From a virus (Duplodnaviria > Caudoviricetes), in the IMG/VR virus record IMGVR_UViG_3300033072_000529: 64,000 nucleotides of DNA; one strand, given 5' to 3'. Of this stretch, positions 1-10,450 are shown piece after piece (within the stretch, counting starts at the first letter, position 1; every line of letters starts with the position of its first letter). A program made the translations under genes and the position numbers. A model generated the notes under the pieces. The model ran no database searches and was not told the DNA's origin. It saw only the letters and a list, made by a program, of their open reading frames with translations.

Positions 1-1
1 A

Positions 2-532
2 GTGGAAGGTGATGAAGCAGCAGCTTCTAAAGTGGGTAAAGTATTAGTGTTTCGCTTCCCCGCTCAACGTATTAAAGATAAGAAAACCGATCAGATGGTC
101 CCATCTTCTGATATCTTATCCAAGATCGAAGAAGCACTATATGGTGACAAGAAAGCCAAAATCGGTCGTAGAATGTGGAAACTTGATGCGACTGGACGTA
201 GCTTTGTTCTAAAAGTTACAGAGAAGGCTGATTATCCTAATTATAGTAAATCAGAGTTCGATGATGCCGAAGACCTAGGTTTGACCACGGATCAAATCAA
301 CGATATTATGTTGACTCAAGCGCATAATCTCCTTGAATTTGTGCCAGAAGTTAAATCTCAGGATGAACTTCGCCAATTATTGGATGCACATTATTTTGGC
401 ACTATTGCTGCACCTAGTGATAATGTGGATGTTCCTGAATCCGAAGATGAAGACGATTTGATACCAGGGTTGGGTGCGCCATCTAATTCAGATGACGACG
501 AAGACTTCCTAGCTGGTGTCGATGACGATTAA
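2..532 (+). CDS. T4 gp32-like single-stranded DNA-binding protein (5'-truncated by window edge)
   Basis: GKVLVFRF...G.SFVLKV...YPNYSKSEF motifs and strongly acidic C-terminal tail; near a clamp-like gene. Confidence 0.75.
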   Translation: MEGDEAAASKVGKVLVFRFPAQRIKDKKTDQMVPSSDILSKIEEALYGDKKAKIGRRMWKLDATGRSFVLKVTEKADYPNYSKSEFDDAEDLGLTTDQINDIMLTQAHNLLEFVPEVKSQDELRQLLDAHYFGTIAAPSDNVDVPESEDEDDLIPGLGAPSNSDDDEDFLAGVDDD

Positions 533-570
533 TCTTTGATTAGCTTAATATTCCCGCTAAATATTGCAAT

Positions 571-1203
571 ATGACTGATGAAGAAGATATTGCAATTTTA
601 GCGGGAATGAATGGTCAATTCCTTAGACAAACTATAGGACGCGACCGTGGTGCTGGCCCGTTGATCACTGGGACAGTTCGCCTTGATCCTAGAAAATTCT
701 TGAATGGTGGTGGATACCCACAACAACCACCCCAAGGATACCCTCAACACCCCCAATATCATCCTCAGGGGTATCCACCACCATATCAGCACAATCCATA
801 TCAACAACAACCTCCGCCGCAACAAGGGCAATATGATATGTATACTCCCCCTGATACACTTCCAGGGACGATACCGAGTTTATTACAATTACCTACTAAC
901 GATAAAGGAGAAGTAGTGATTGCAGATGAATATAAAGCCAAGCTAGATCAAATAGCACAAGCACATTCTAATGTGCCTACATCCGGTTCAGGATTTAATA
1001 TTGATAATACTCAATCTTTTAATGTGCCAGGATTTGATCCAACCAAAGTATCCACATTCACCGAACAATTTGATGAAGTGAAGAAAGAACTAAAATTACT
1101 GAGAAGAGCAGTAAACACCTTGACAAATCTGTTACGAAAGACTATACTAGTAGAGGATCAGCCAACGCCTCCACCAACCAATACCAATGAAATTGATTCT
1201 TAA
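571..1203 (+). CDS. hypothetical protein, P/Q/Y-rich low-complexity region plus short coiled coil
   Basis: 210-aa ORF with TAAATA 7 nt upstream of ATG. Confidence 0.7.
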   Translation: MTDEEDIAILAGMNGQFLRQTIGRDRGAGPLITGTVRLDPRKFLNGGGYPQQPPQGYPQHPQYHPQGYPPPYQHNPYQQQPPPQQGQYDMYTPPDTLPGTIPSLLQLPTNDKGEVVIADEYKAKLDQIAQAHSNVPTSGSGFNIDNTQSFNVPGFDPTKVSTFTEQFDEVKKELKLLRRAVNTLTNLLRKTILVEDQPTPPPTNTNEIDS

Positions 1204-1921
1204 CGCACCCGATTTTACTGAAAATTATATCAAACCTGTCTTAGACCTGGATAAGAAAGGAAAGACCTCCCTATTTGTGGAGGATGGAGACTTGTATTCC
1301 ATAAATGAAGACGTAGGAGTTGCACTCTATAGTAGATACACCCCTGAGAGTATTCAGGAACCGATTGAAAGATTCAATCTGAACTTGAATACCTTAAATA
1401 AGGCATTAGCTTGTATACCTAAATCAACGTTAGAATTTGAGGTAAATGCCAATGCCAAAGTATTGACTTATAATGATTCCTTGATCAGGATCAAGCTTAC
1501 ACTCTTGGATAGCAAGGTGATGATACCGCCCCACATGCCGTATAAAACCCATATTATGGCAACACCATATCCAACACAGTTTACCGTTACCAAACTCGCG
1601 TTTGATGATATTCAACGAGCCATGAATTTCACAGAAACGGAACGCTTCTACATAGAAATGGAAGACGGGAAGGCTTTTATATACCTAGGTAATAAAAGCG
1701 ATAAAAGGGGCACACACCAGCACGATAATACTGCTCGAATTTTTCTTACAGACCAAATAACCGGAATCTCAACTGAGTCATCATATTCAATTAAAGTTTT
1801 AAAATTGTTATGCCAGCGTAAGGATGAGGTACGGTTCAAGATAGCACAAAATGGAACCCTTGTATGTGAAGTACAAGGGGGATGTTATGTGCATCGATAT
1901 TTGGTGTCATCAATAAAATAA
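1187..1921 (+). CDS. DNA polymerase sliding clamp (gp45-like)
   Basis: 244 aa, two-lobed clamp-like pattern, context downstream of SSB; gp44 clamp loader elsewhere in window. Confidence 0.6.
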   Translation: MKLILNAPDFTENYIKPVLDLDKKGKTSLFVEDGDLYSINEDVGVALYSRYTPESIQEPIERFNLNLNTLNKALACIPKSTLEFEVNANAKVLTYNDSLIRIKLTLLDSKVMIPPHMPYKTHIMATPYPTQFTVTKLAFDDIQRAMNFTETERFYIEMEDGKAFIYLGNKSDKRGTHQHDNTARIFLTDQITGISTESSYSIKVLKLLCQRKDEVRFKIAQNGTLVCEVQGGCYVHRYLVSSIK

Positions 1922-1941
1922 CTAACCAACCAACCATTATA

Positions 1942-2292
1942 ATGAGATACAACAATCAGAATGAACCAATGGATTTCCTAACTTTTCAACAGAAAGTAGG
2001 AAAGTATGAAATACAATCCCAACTATTAGATATTATGTATAAGCATAGTGATCCCCGCGCATGGTCCGCAGTGGTAAATCCTGGCACACACAATATCGTT
2101 GTGACATATTTCATCAATCGCAAAGACTTAGGTGATCGCAATTTTGATATCATCTCGTCTCGTAGAAACTTCTATGAAGTGGATGCAGACGATGTGTTCC
2201 AAACATTGGATTTGATCGTCAATCATGACGACAAAAACACTGTAGTCGATTTAAGCAGCTTAAATGCTCTCAACAGCATTAACCCCCGATAA
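1942..2292 (+). CDS. hypothetical protein
   Basis: ORF; non-overlapping ATG at 1942; shares a W.(A/I)(V/L)(V/I).(P/M)G..NI..T motif with the next ORF. Confidence 0.65.
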   Translation: MRYNNQNEPMDFLTFQQKVGKYEIQSQLLDIMYKHSDPRAWSAVVNPGTHNIVVTYFINRKDLGDRNFDIISSRRNFYEVDADDVFQTLDLIVNHDDKNTVVDLSSLNALNSINPR

Positions 2293-2301
2293 TATCCATT
2301 T

Positions 2302-2634
2302 ATGTCAAAAATATCAACACAAGCATATACAATTAAACGACTACGTGACTCCGGTTACAATGTCGTAAAACTAGATAATCTACAATATACTCTGGAGGAC
2401 GAACGCAAGTGGACGATTCTCATCGATATGGGGGTTGCCAATATTTTGGCAACTTGTTATAAAGATGGTCGAATCAGCCTATACGATGGCGGACAATTCA
2501 CCGTCAATAATATGGCATATCGGGCGGAATCAGTGGAGGTTATTATAGATACCCTTAATACCTTGGGGATTTATAATAAGCATCATAGTTATTATTCTCG
2601 TCCGCAGACACTAACGGTGGATACCCTGGAGTAA
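2302..2634 (+). CDS. hypothetical protein
   Basis: 110-aa ORF in operon. Confidence 0.7.
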   Translation: MSKISTQAYTIKRLRDSGYNVVKLDNLQYTLEDERKWTILIDMGVANILATCYKDGRISLYDGGQFTVNNMAYRAESVEVIIDTLNTLGIYNKHHSYYSRPQTLTVDTLE

Positions 2635-3035
2635 TGCCTGTAAATAATTACATGGATGATATCACCGACAATGATCCGTTAGACCCTGTACAACCTTCTG
2701 ATGAAGTGAAAGATTCTTCATCAGAAGATGAGAAAAAAGTTATTCGATTGATGAAGGCGATGCAAGCATCTGCTAAAAATCGAAAAAACAAAGTACCTAC
2801 CAAGGTGTATAAGAATAAAGCTAAGTTAGCTGGGTCTTTACGACACATCGTAGGAGAATATCTGGATTGTTTCATCATATTGGGGTACGATGGAGAGGGA
2901 AATGATATCGTCATCACCGAAGCATCTACTCGTATGCACAATGCATCCCTGACTAAACTCATCGAGGCGTTCGTGGATAAAGTTATGATGGCAGACCAAA
3001 TACATACAACTCAGGACACGGAAGAAGACGATTGA
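2634..3035 (+). CDS. hypothetical protein
   Basis: 133-aa ORF, stop/start coupled (TAATG). Confidence 0.7.
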   Translation: MPVNNYMDDITDNDPLDPVQPSDEVKDSSSEDEKKVIRLMKAMQASAKNRKNKVPTKVYKNKAKLAGSLRHIVGEYLDCFIILGYDGEGNDIVITEASTRMHNASLTKLIEAFVDKVMMADQIHTTQDTEEDD

Positions 3036-3050
3036 GCATAAATAGCTATT

Positions 3051-3935
3051 ATGGCTATTTCGCTTAAAGATATTTTTCCTTGGGTTTCCACCGATACAGA
3101 CAAGACTTCATACCCTTCATTACGTAAGGGTATGAAGTCTTCATATGTTGAGGTATTGCAGCAACAGTTATCTCGTAACGGGTTTTATTCCGGTAGAATT
3201 GATGGTGATTTTGGAGAACAAACATATGCAGCAGTCGTACATTTTCAACAAACTCATGTAGGCTCCAACAAACAAGCACTGGATGTCGATGGAGTAGTAG
3301 GTAAACAAACTTGGTGGGCATTATACAACCCAAGTGTTGCAACAGTATCTAATAAAGTATCCAAATCGGATGATGTTATACCTGCTAATTTATCTGCAAA
3401 ACGGTTAGCAGTTTTAAAGATCGCCACTCAGGAATTGAACAAAAAAGTCAAAGAGATTCCAGATGGGTCTAATTGGGGACCAGATGTACGTAAATATCTA
3501 GAATTCTGTGGTATTGGACCAAATCCATGGTGTGCATGCTTTGCCTCCTGGGTAGTATATAACGGATTAGACAACAGTTTACCATGGGGTTCCAGAATAG
3601 CACACGTGGCTACTTTGTATAATAAGGCTAAATCTTTACAAATGGGGCATAGTGTAGCATCGGGTTACAAACCTCGTCCAGGCGATTTATTTGTAATGGT
3701 TCACTCTGATGGCACCGGACATATTGGTGTAATATCTAGAGTGTCCAAAGATGGAAAATCATTGAATGTTATAGAGGGTAATTCTGGTAATAAAGTTGCA
3801 TTGCGCACCCGTGTAGTAGGCGCAAATGATCATGTGGGATATATCAATTATCTAAAAGATGAAGATACCCCGTATGATTTCGAACTAGGATTAATTGGAA
3901 ACACTGATAGCTCCAATATATTACAAACGCGTTAA
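3051..3935 (+). CDS. modular endolysin: PG_binding_1 domain + CHAP domain
   Basis: LQQQL..G.IDGDFG..T..AV..FQ...VDGVVG..TW (PG binding); PWCACFASW, PGDL, GHIGVI, IEGNS (CHAP catalytic Cys/His). Confidence 0.9.
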   Translation: MAISLKDIFPWVSTDTDKTSYPSLRKGMKSSYVEVLQQQLSRNGFYSGRIDGDFGEQTYAAVVHFQQTHVGSNKQALDVDGVVGKQTWWALYNPSVATVSNKVSKSDDVIPANLSAKRLAVLKIATQELNKKVKEIPDGSNWGPDVRKYLEFCGIGPNPWCACFASWVVYNGLDNSLPWGSRIAHVATLYNKAKSLQMGHSVASGYKPRPGDLFVMVHSDGTGHIGVISRVSKDGKSLNVIEGNSGNKVALRTRVVGANDHVGYINYLKDEDTPYDFELGLIGNTDSSNILQTR

Positions 3936-5947
3936 GCGATTAACGATTCTAATTTTTTAGCTAATTCTGTATACCGTTGCTCGTATTTTCGATCCAACTC
4001 TGCAATGAGAGATTGAACTTCGTCAACGGTATATTTTTTTGTTCTACAACCGTCGCCGTCTGGCAATGTATCTAGGTCGTTAGATGTTTGCCAAGAGCCG
4101 TTATTTATAGATATGGGCTCGCATACACCCCCGAATTTTTCGACAATGGAAAATTGGGAGGTTGCATTCTGAGTCGGTAAAGGTTGTACAGGATTAGGTA
4201 GATTATTACTGGAGCCTATCGATCTGACCGCACTGTTGGGGTCTAATGCACCAGAAAAAGTTTTACCGTTATATGTATTGTTTATTTGTGTATTCGCGCC
4301 CACTAATTTTGTGGGAATACTAGCATAATTGTGAAAGTGGGGATGCACTTGCACAGAATTTTCACTTAATAATGATTCTATTATTATTGTCCTAGCAGGT
4401 ATGACACATGTTGCGCCATCACTACATTGACCTATAACATCATATTTGTTTGTACCTATTTCGCAGCCTTGTAATATATCTGCATATACCGTGCTTTTTT
4501 CCGGTGGTTCCATGCAACTTTCGGCACCCGTAGTATCCATTTCACAACTTTTTTGTTTACCCCATTCCCATGATTCGTATGTTTGTTGTATTTCTAATGG
4601 AGCCGTTATATGTTGTATAGTTAATTCGCCCTCTATATGTGCGCCCCCTCTTATAATAGCATTGGCAGCAACTTGTAAATTACCGTCGATTAATACTTGT
4701 TGTTCGGGGGCTGCGTTATCACCATGTATATTTTTGGATGTGGTATTTGGTCGAATTGATATAACATCTGCATTAATATCTATTCGTTCTGCTGCCAAGG
4801 CTATTTCCCCTCTGGAGTGTATTTGTATATCCTCAGATGTTTGGTGAATAGTTGGCGAATATAATTCCATAGGTCCAGTAGTTTTTATACTGATACCATT
4901 GGAACCCGCTACTAGATTATAATGATCATTACATGTCAAATCATACCCGCCTCCTGGTAGACGATCCACGGATACTTGTTCCACCAAAGGACTATGAGTA
5001 TATTGTACTTGTATGTGAGAACCATCAGGGCTAATTTTGACACCGTTGGGGACTAGTTTACCAGTTGCATCCCGACGAAATGATTCCAAATCATTGAAGG
5101 TCATGCCAACCATACCAACATAATCTTTAGTTATTTGTTCAATTTTCGTACCTGAATCAGGTTGATCATTTCTACCTAATTTTTTCTCTATTTCTAGTAA
5201 TTGTTTTTGTAGGTCAATCCGCAGTTGAGTCAATTTTTCTTTGGATGATTCTGCTGCCCAATCTCCATCTTGCGTAGACGGGCTTTCATGGGAACCATTA
5301 CAGGTTGCACAAAAATCACCGCCAGGACTCACAGTTTTATATTCTGTTTTTACTTCGGTGAATTCAGGGGGCGTTGAATTTCCTGGACTCTTTATAGATG
5401 CAGTGTATTCCGTTGCTTCGGATGTGAATATAAACTTACCATCAGTGTCTTCTACAGGACAAGACGCGTATCCGCCCGATTGTTTTTGATCTTTAGCATG
5501 ATCTATAACATTATCATATGCAACTCTCTGTACTTCAAATAGTCGTTTGATTTGATGCGATGGTCGCAGTGCTTTTTTATATTCTTCCTGAGCTTTTGAT
5601 TCTTTTACTACATCTCCTATTTTTTGATATGCATCCCCTAAAATGATTTCTTCTTTAGTTTTATCAACCATTACGATATTATTACCGTTTATTTCTGTTC
5701 TAGAATCTCCGATAATATGTTCTCGTTTATCTAATGGGTGTAATTCGTCTGTGGAATATTTATTAAATCTTAATAATGTGCCATTTTTATGGTATAATGT
5801 GACCATTTCATCACCTTTGGTATTAACAAACTCTAAACCACCAGCCGGTTGGTTGATTATAGATAAATCGCGAAACACATCTTCATTTGGTTGCGCATCA
5901 TTTTGTCTATTACCTGGATATGTAGGACTGGTCTTATTATTTTCCAT
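3932..5947 (-). CDS. baseplate central spike, gp5 C-terminal (beta-helix) portion
   Basis: LEFVNTKGDEMVTLYHKNGT resembles the gp5/VgrG segment preceding the beta-helix; beta-repeats; HPHFH metal-tip-like motif. Confidence 0.6.
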   Translation of the reverse strand: MENNKTSPTYPGNRQNDAQPNEDVFRDLSIINQPAGGLEFVNTKGDEMVTLYHKNGTLLRFNKYSTDELHPLDKREHIIGDSRTEINGNNIVMVDKTKEEIILGDAYQKIGDVVKESKAQEEYKKALRPSHQIKRLFEVQRVAYDNVIDHAKDQKQSGGYASCPVEDTDGKFIFTSEATEYTASIKSPGNSTPPEFTEVKTEYKTVSPGGDFCATCNGSHESPSTQDGDWAAESSKEKLTQLRIDLQKQLLEIEKKLGRNDQPDSGTKIEQITKDYVGMVGMTFNDLESFRRDATGKLVPNGVKISPDGSHIQVQYTHSPLVEQVSVDRLPGGGYDLTCNDHYNLVAGSNGISIKTTGPMELYSPTIHQTSEDIQIHSRGEIALAAERIDINADVISIRPNTTSKNIHGDNAAPEQQVLIDGNLQVAANAIIRGGAHIEGELTIQHITAPLEIQQTYESWEWGKQKSCEMDTTGAESCMEPPEKSTVYADILQGCEIGTNKYDVIGQCSDGATCVIPARTIIIESLLSENSVQVHPHFHNYASIPTKLVGANTQINNTYNGKTFSGALDPNSAVRSIGSSNNLPNPVQPLPTQNATSQFSIVEKFGGVCEPISINNGSWQTSNDLDTLPDGDGCRTKKYTVDEVQSLIAELDRKYEQRYTELAKKLESLIA

Positions 5948-6002
5948 CGTTATTTAAGTATTTATGGACTTGCATATGCACCACAACGGTGTAAAGTAGT
6001 GT

Positions 6003-8003
6003 ATGTCTTTAGAACTACTTCAACAGATTTCCCAACGTAAAACCCGACTAGACGAATTAAATAAGCATTTGAAATCCCTGTTCTTTGGTATAGACCAAGA
6101 AATAGATAAGATCGTGGAATCCATGAAGTCATGGTATCTGGTTCCCGATATATTAACCAGTCCCATAATTATAAATCTATGGTCATTAACTGGTCATGGT
6201 AAAACGGCACTGGTTCGTGCTATTGTAGAATTTTTAGATTATAAGGATAAGTTTTGTGAAGTGCAATTATCTGATTCCGTGACAACTGATTCCCCGTCAT
6301 CATTAGCCGAAAAAATATTAAAAGCTGGTATAGGCGAGAGAAAACCGGGTATTATATTACTGGACGAATTCCAGCGTTATAAGACTATTGATAACAACGG
6401 TGAAACGATACGGGATTTACCCTACCAGGATATTTGGATGCTATTAAGTGATGGCAAATTTCCTATAGTTAAGGATTATGCCAAGGATTACCAAGATTTG
6501 TTACGAGATTTTTATTTTACTTGGAAGTCCCGACCTGTGGATAAACCCGGTAATTCTTTGACACCTGAGCCATCCGACTCTAGTGTGGAGTCCCCTAATA
6601 AAACCGAAGAAGACGAAGAAATGGAATTCGGAGCAGGGTCATATACCATGGTTAGACGTTCTAAAGATATTGGATTCAATGCCTATAATGAACATATGGT
6701 ATCTAGATTCCAACAATGCATCAATTATAGTCTTACCAAAGAAGAAATATTCAAGATGACATATTTCAGTGCGGGAGCATATCTGGAAGACTATAATGCT
6801 AAACGCAAATCGACATTTGATTTCACCAAATGTCTCATATTTGTGTGTGGTAATTTAGATCAAGCCTATCCTGGCTCAACGGATGTTGATGATTGCGATA
6901 TGGATGCCGATGTATATCATACTCGCACTCGGAAAGTTTCAATCATTGAAATTAAACAAGCATTAGGTGCCCGATTCAAACCAGAACAGATTTCCCGATT
7001 AGGTAATAACCATATCGTATATCCTTCTTTGAATAAATCGGCATATATGTCAATTATTGAGGATCAATGTAATAAATGTATCGAGCAATCGACCCTGCTA
7101 TCAGGGGTTCAATTTAGTATAGAACAGAACCTCATAAAACAAATATATGATAATGCGGTCTTCCCATCACAGGGTACACGCCCTGTATTTTCCACTATAC
7201 ACATGATGTTTGGTTGCCCAATGGCGAATGGCATATTATGGGCCTTGACCAACAGTTATAATAGTCTTCAAGTTGATATTGATGTTGCAAAATCTAGTCT
7301 AGTGTTCAAACACGGTGAGGATACATTATATGTTCCAATCGACTTCCAGCTTAAGATTCGCAAAGATCGCCACACTGAGGCTTTCCAAGCATTAGTTAGT
7401 GTTCATGAAGTCGGGCATGCTATCGTATACTCCAAATTATTCAAGAAACCCCCAGCATCTATTAAAATCAATATAGCGTCGTTTGATGGAGGATATAATA
7501 TGCTAGATGAGCAATTCCCGTCTGCACAGGATGTATTAGATAATATATGTGTAGGTTTAGCTGGTATAGTGGCGGAAGAAATAGTGTTTGGCGAAGGCAA
7601 TAGATCAACGGGGTCTGCTAGTGATTTATTATCATGTACTTCTCAAGCAGGACAATATTACCGTCGATGGGCGATGGGCACTAAATTAGCGGTGCAAATG
7701 AAAGACCAAAGCAGTCTATATGTTCACAATTTAGATGAATCTGATAAGCATATAGAGAAATTGCTAAAGGAACAGAAATCGCGCTGCAACCGTATTATGA
7801 TGGATCATCACAAGTTTTTACTAACTTGCTCCATGGATTTACTTCAACGAAAAGAATTCACTCGCGCAGAATTTAGAGAATATGCACGATCCGAATTCAA
7901 CTTCGAGTCATCTAATAAAGATGAATCAAAGATTGATACTACATCGGATTATGCAGCATTATTATATGCTGCTGCCGAGGCTAAATCATGCAAACCTGCA
8001 TAA
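6003..8003 (+). CDS. AAA+ ATPase fused to M41 (FtsH-like) zinc peptidase, no TM segment
   Basis: Walker A-like SLTGHGKT, Walker B ILLDEF, RFKPE.ISRL; HEVGH, GLAGIVAEE, GSASDL. Confidence 0.8.
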   Translation: MSLELLQQISQRKTRLDELNKHLKSLFFGIDQEIDKIVESMKSWYLVPDILTSPIIINLWSLTGHGKTALVRAIVEFLDYKDKFCEVQLSDSVTTDSPSSLAEKILKAGIGERKPGIILLDEFQRYKTIDNNGETIRDLPYQDIWMLLSDGKFPIVKDYAKDYQDLLRDFYFTWKSRPVDKPGNSLTPEPSDSSVESPNKTEEDEEMEFGAGSYTMVRRSKDIGFNAYNEHMVSRFQQCINYSLTKEEIFKMTYFSAGAYLEDYNAKRKSTFDFTKCLIFVCGNLDQAYPGSTDVDDCDMDADVYHTRTRKVSIIEIKQALGARFKPEQISRLGNNHIVYPSLNKSAYMSIIEDQCNKCIEQSTLLSGVQFSIEQNLIKQIYDNAVFPSQGTRPVFSTIHMMFGCPMANGILWALTNSYNSLQVDIDVAKSSLVFKHGEDTLYVPIDFQLKIRKDRHTEAFQALVSVHEVGHAIVYSKLFKKPPASIKINIASFDGGYNMLDEQFPSAQDVLDNICVGLAGIVAEEIVFGEGNRSTGSASDLLSCTSQAGQYYRRWAMGTKLAVQMKDQSSLYVHNLDESDKHIEKLLKEQKSRCNRIMMDHHKFLLTCSMDLLQRKEFTRAEFREYARSEFNFESSNKDESKIDTTSDYAALLYAAAEAKSCKPA

Positions 8004-9484
8004 TCCTCTTGATTGTAGAATACGCCATCCACTATAGGGTATAGTGGATCGCCGTTATCGAAATACACAGATACATGTGAACCGACTCCAGGTATGCTTA
8101 TCATACCTTTCACTTTGTTATTCTGTGTATTTCCTATTATAGGAGGAAGGATATCAGGTTGTAACTGTTGGTTTAATCCATATATTTTATTAGGGTCTAA
8201 AGTTGATGGTATGGTAGTGCCCATATTTCCTCCTTGTTTGGATTGCATATTAGTCGATCCAATATTATTCTGTAGTAGATTATAAGCAGGCAGAAATTTA
8301 CTATTAGGCATATTGAACATATTACCTGCGCCTCCCCCATGATTATATTGGGGAGTGTTTATGATGCCAGGAGGTAATATAGGTGTAGTAGGTTTGGCTT
8401 CTACCGTTTGATAGGGTGCTAATACTTGCGACAATACGCCTAATCTAGGGGATGATAAATTGGGTTGTTGAGTAGCATCCACCGTCTGCACTACCCAGTG
8501 AGATATATCGTCTGCGTTGAATATGTATGTTCGAGGCGCAGCATAGGTTGTAGGGGTTTGAATCGAGTCTGCTACTCCACTCCCCTCTAAACTCGCAGAA
8601 GCCTGTACACTCACTCTACGACGCAATCGCGCATTGCCTCCTATATTCACTTCAAATTGCGTACCTGTCAGAGTTAATGCGGAACTATTAGTTGCCAATA
8701 TTTGACCATTAGGCTGAATTATGTTCACGGGAACACTCGTAGGCGTAGTAACTTTTGTAGGAGTGACATCAGCCGTGTATAGTATAGGTTTAGAAAAAGT
8801 CTGAGTTACTAATTGCGTAGTTCTGGCTATAGATGCAGTAAATTCATTCGGTCCACCGACATCTGTAGTAGCTGTAACCCCTACAAATCGTCGTCTATTA
8901 GGATTACCTGTTATGCTGATAGTTATTTGTGATATATTATCCTCAGTCGGATTAGCAGAAGGTGTAGGAGTTTTAGTAATAGCAGGTGCAGTAGATACGG
9001 TATCAGGTGCCACTATATGACTCAACGTGTTTTCCGGTGATAAGGCTACAACTTGAGTAGTTTTAGTATTATTCGGACTTACCATATATGGCGTACCAGA
9101 TAATCTATCAGCCAATGATGTTATTGGTGTAGGAGGTAGACTAGTATTCAGATCATTGGATTGAACAGTCTTATTACTGTCATTAGTAGGTTCATAATGA
9201 TCACTATCAGCATTATAAAAACCTGCGGTGCCCATGCCGAATATTGGCTGTTTCACTTGTCCCCAAGGTAGAGCTTGTTTGAGCCTTAATAATATCTCAG
9301 GTGTTAAAGAAGATGCCAAGTTATTCCCTGGATAAGTTACATGTTTATCTACGGTTTTGTCCTTATTCCACTTATCAAAAAGTGTCATATTAACTTCTGG
9401 AACAAAAACTTTCACTCGTCCTATTTTATCAGGATCGTCGTTTTGTATCACTATTCCTCTGTAACTGTGGGGGTATTTTGTCAT
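7949..9484 (-). CDS. gp5/VgrG-type OB-fold baseplate hub protein with long insertion
   Basis: YRGIVIQNDDPDKIGRVKVFVP...LPW at N-terminus and IPGVGSHVSVYFDNGDPLYPIV near C-terminus are the two halves of the gp5 OB-fold signature. Confidence 0.75.
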   Translation of the reverse strand: MTKYPHSYRGIVIQNDDPDKIGRVKVFVPEVNMTLFDKWNKDKTVDKHVTYPGNNLASSLTPEILLRLKQALPWGQVKQPIFGMGTAGFYNADSDHYEPTNDSNKTVQSNDLNTSLPPTPITSLADRLSGTPYMVSPNNTKTTQVVALSPENTLSHIVAPDTVSTAPAITKTPTPSANPTEDNISQITISITGNPNRRRFVGVTATTDVGGPNEFTASIARTTQLVTQTFSKPILYTADVTPTKVTTPTSVPVNIIQPNGQILATNSSALTLTGTQFEVNIGGNARLRRRVSVQASASLEGSGVADSIQTPTTYAAPRTYIFNADDISHWVVQTVDATQQPNLSSPRLGVLSQVLAPYQTVEAKPTTPILPPGIINTPQYNHGGGAGNMFNMPNSKFLPAYNLLQNNIGSTNMQSKQGGNMGTTIPSTLDPNKIYGLNQQLQPDILPPIIGNTQNNKVKGMISIPGVGSHVSVYFDNGDPLYPIVDGVFYNQEDYAGLHDLASAAAYNNAA

Positions 9485-10446
9485 TATACTTTAGCATTCT
9501 TCTTGGACTCATCCGCCACTGGTAATTCAGGGTTATACAACACTGGTCTATTAAGACCGTCTGCTACATATTCACCGTTTTCGGCAGATATATTATATAA
9601 TTTAGCTCTGTTTTGACTGTTGTATTCTATAGGATAATAAGCATTTAACAGTTGTACTGTTGGTCCAAAGTGTTGAACTGTTTGTAGTGCGCTTTCTTGC
9701 ATTGCGCCTTTTATTCTAGCAGCATTTTTCACATCCGGCATCATACTTAATCCATGTGCTTTAGAGGAATCCGTATTCACCAAACTAGTACAATGCGGTC
9801 TAATACCTCTATTGAATAGTATATTAACCATGTTATGGGAGTCATCTAGCAAAGTTGCAGATGGTTTATAGATTTTGGATTGTGTTATACGTCCTAGGCG
9901 ATTGGATGTACCCATCTTCAAACCATCTGATTGTATACGATTTACATGTGATACATCCTGGGAACCTAACACGATTTGTCCAAATGTGCCCACATAATTA
10001 GACACTTCTTGGAAATGTGGATATTTACCTATATTCAGTTGAATATAGTTGTTTATAACAGGACTAATAGATTGACATTTGTTGATGAATGCTCTATATA
10101 AAGGCACATCCATATCATTGGCGACTATGTTGTTTATTCGTCCAACACTGGATTGTGTAGTGGGTATAGTCTTGAGCATTTGTATAGCGTTTCTAGCATA
10201 ATCTCTATAACCTTTGAATTTACCCGATGTGCTACTTAAGTAGTTTATTATGTTGAGTATATTGGCATTCATCCCTGACCAGGGTCCATGGAATTCTGAT
10301 ATAAGTTGCAACACTTGATCGATAGGGTATTGACTGTGTTCCATGGCTAATCGCAACTCATCGAAGATAGTCGGGTTATTATCCCTCTTTCCCGATGGAG
10401 GAGTATATATACGTTGAAGTATATTTTCGTTTACAATTTGGGCCAT
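9484..10446 (-). CDS. hypothetical protein (baseplate gene cluster)
   Basis: 320-aa ORF coupled to neighbours. Confidence 0.7.
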   Translation of the reverse strand: MAQIVNENILQRIYTPPSGKRDNNPTIFDELRLAMEHSQYPIDQVLQLISEFHGPWSGMNANILNIINYLSSTSGKFKGYRDYARNAIQMLKTIPTTQSSVGRINNIVANDMDVPLYRAFINKCQSISPVINNYIQLNIGKYPHFQEVSNYVGTFGQIVLGSQDVSHVNRIQSDGLKMGTSNRLGRITQSKIYKPSATLLDDSHNMVNILFNRGIRPHCTSLVNTDSSKAHGLSMMPDVKNAARIKGAMQESALQTVQHFGPTVQLLNAYYPIEYNSQNRAKLYNISAENGEYVADGLNRPVLYNPELPVADESKKNAKV

Positions 10447-10450
10447 ATAG

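Noticed and set aside
8100-9230. Intein or group I intron in the gp5 OB gene
   Set aside because: Frame stays open; no intein terminal residues or endonuclease motifs recognised
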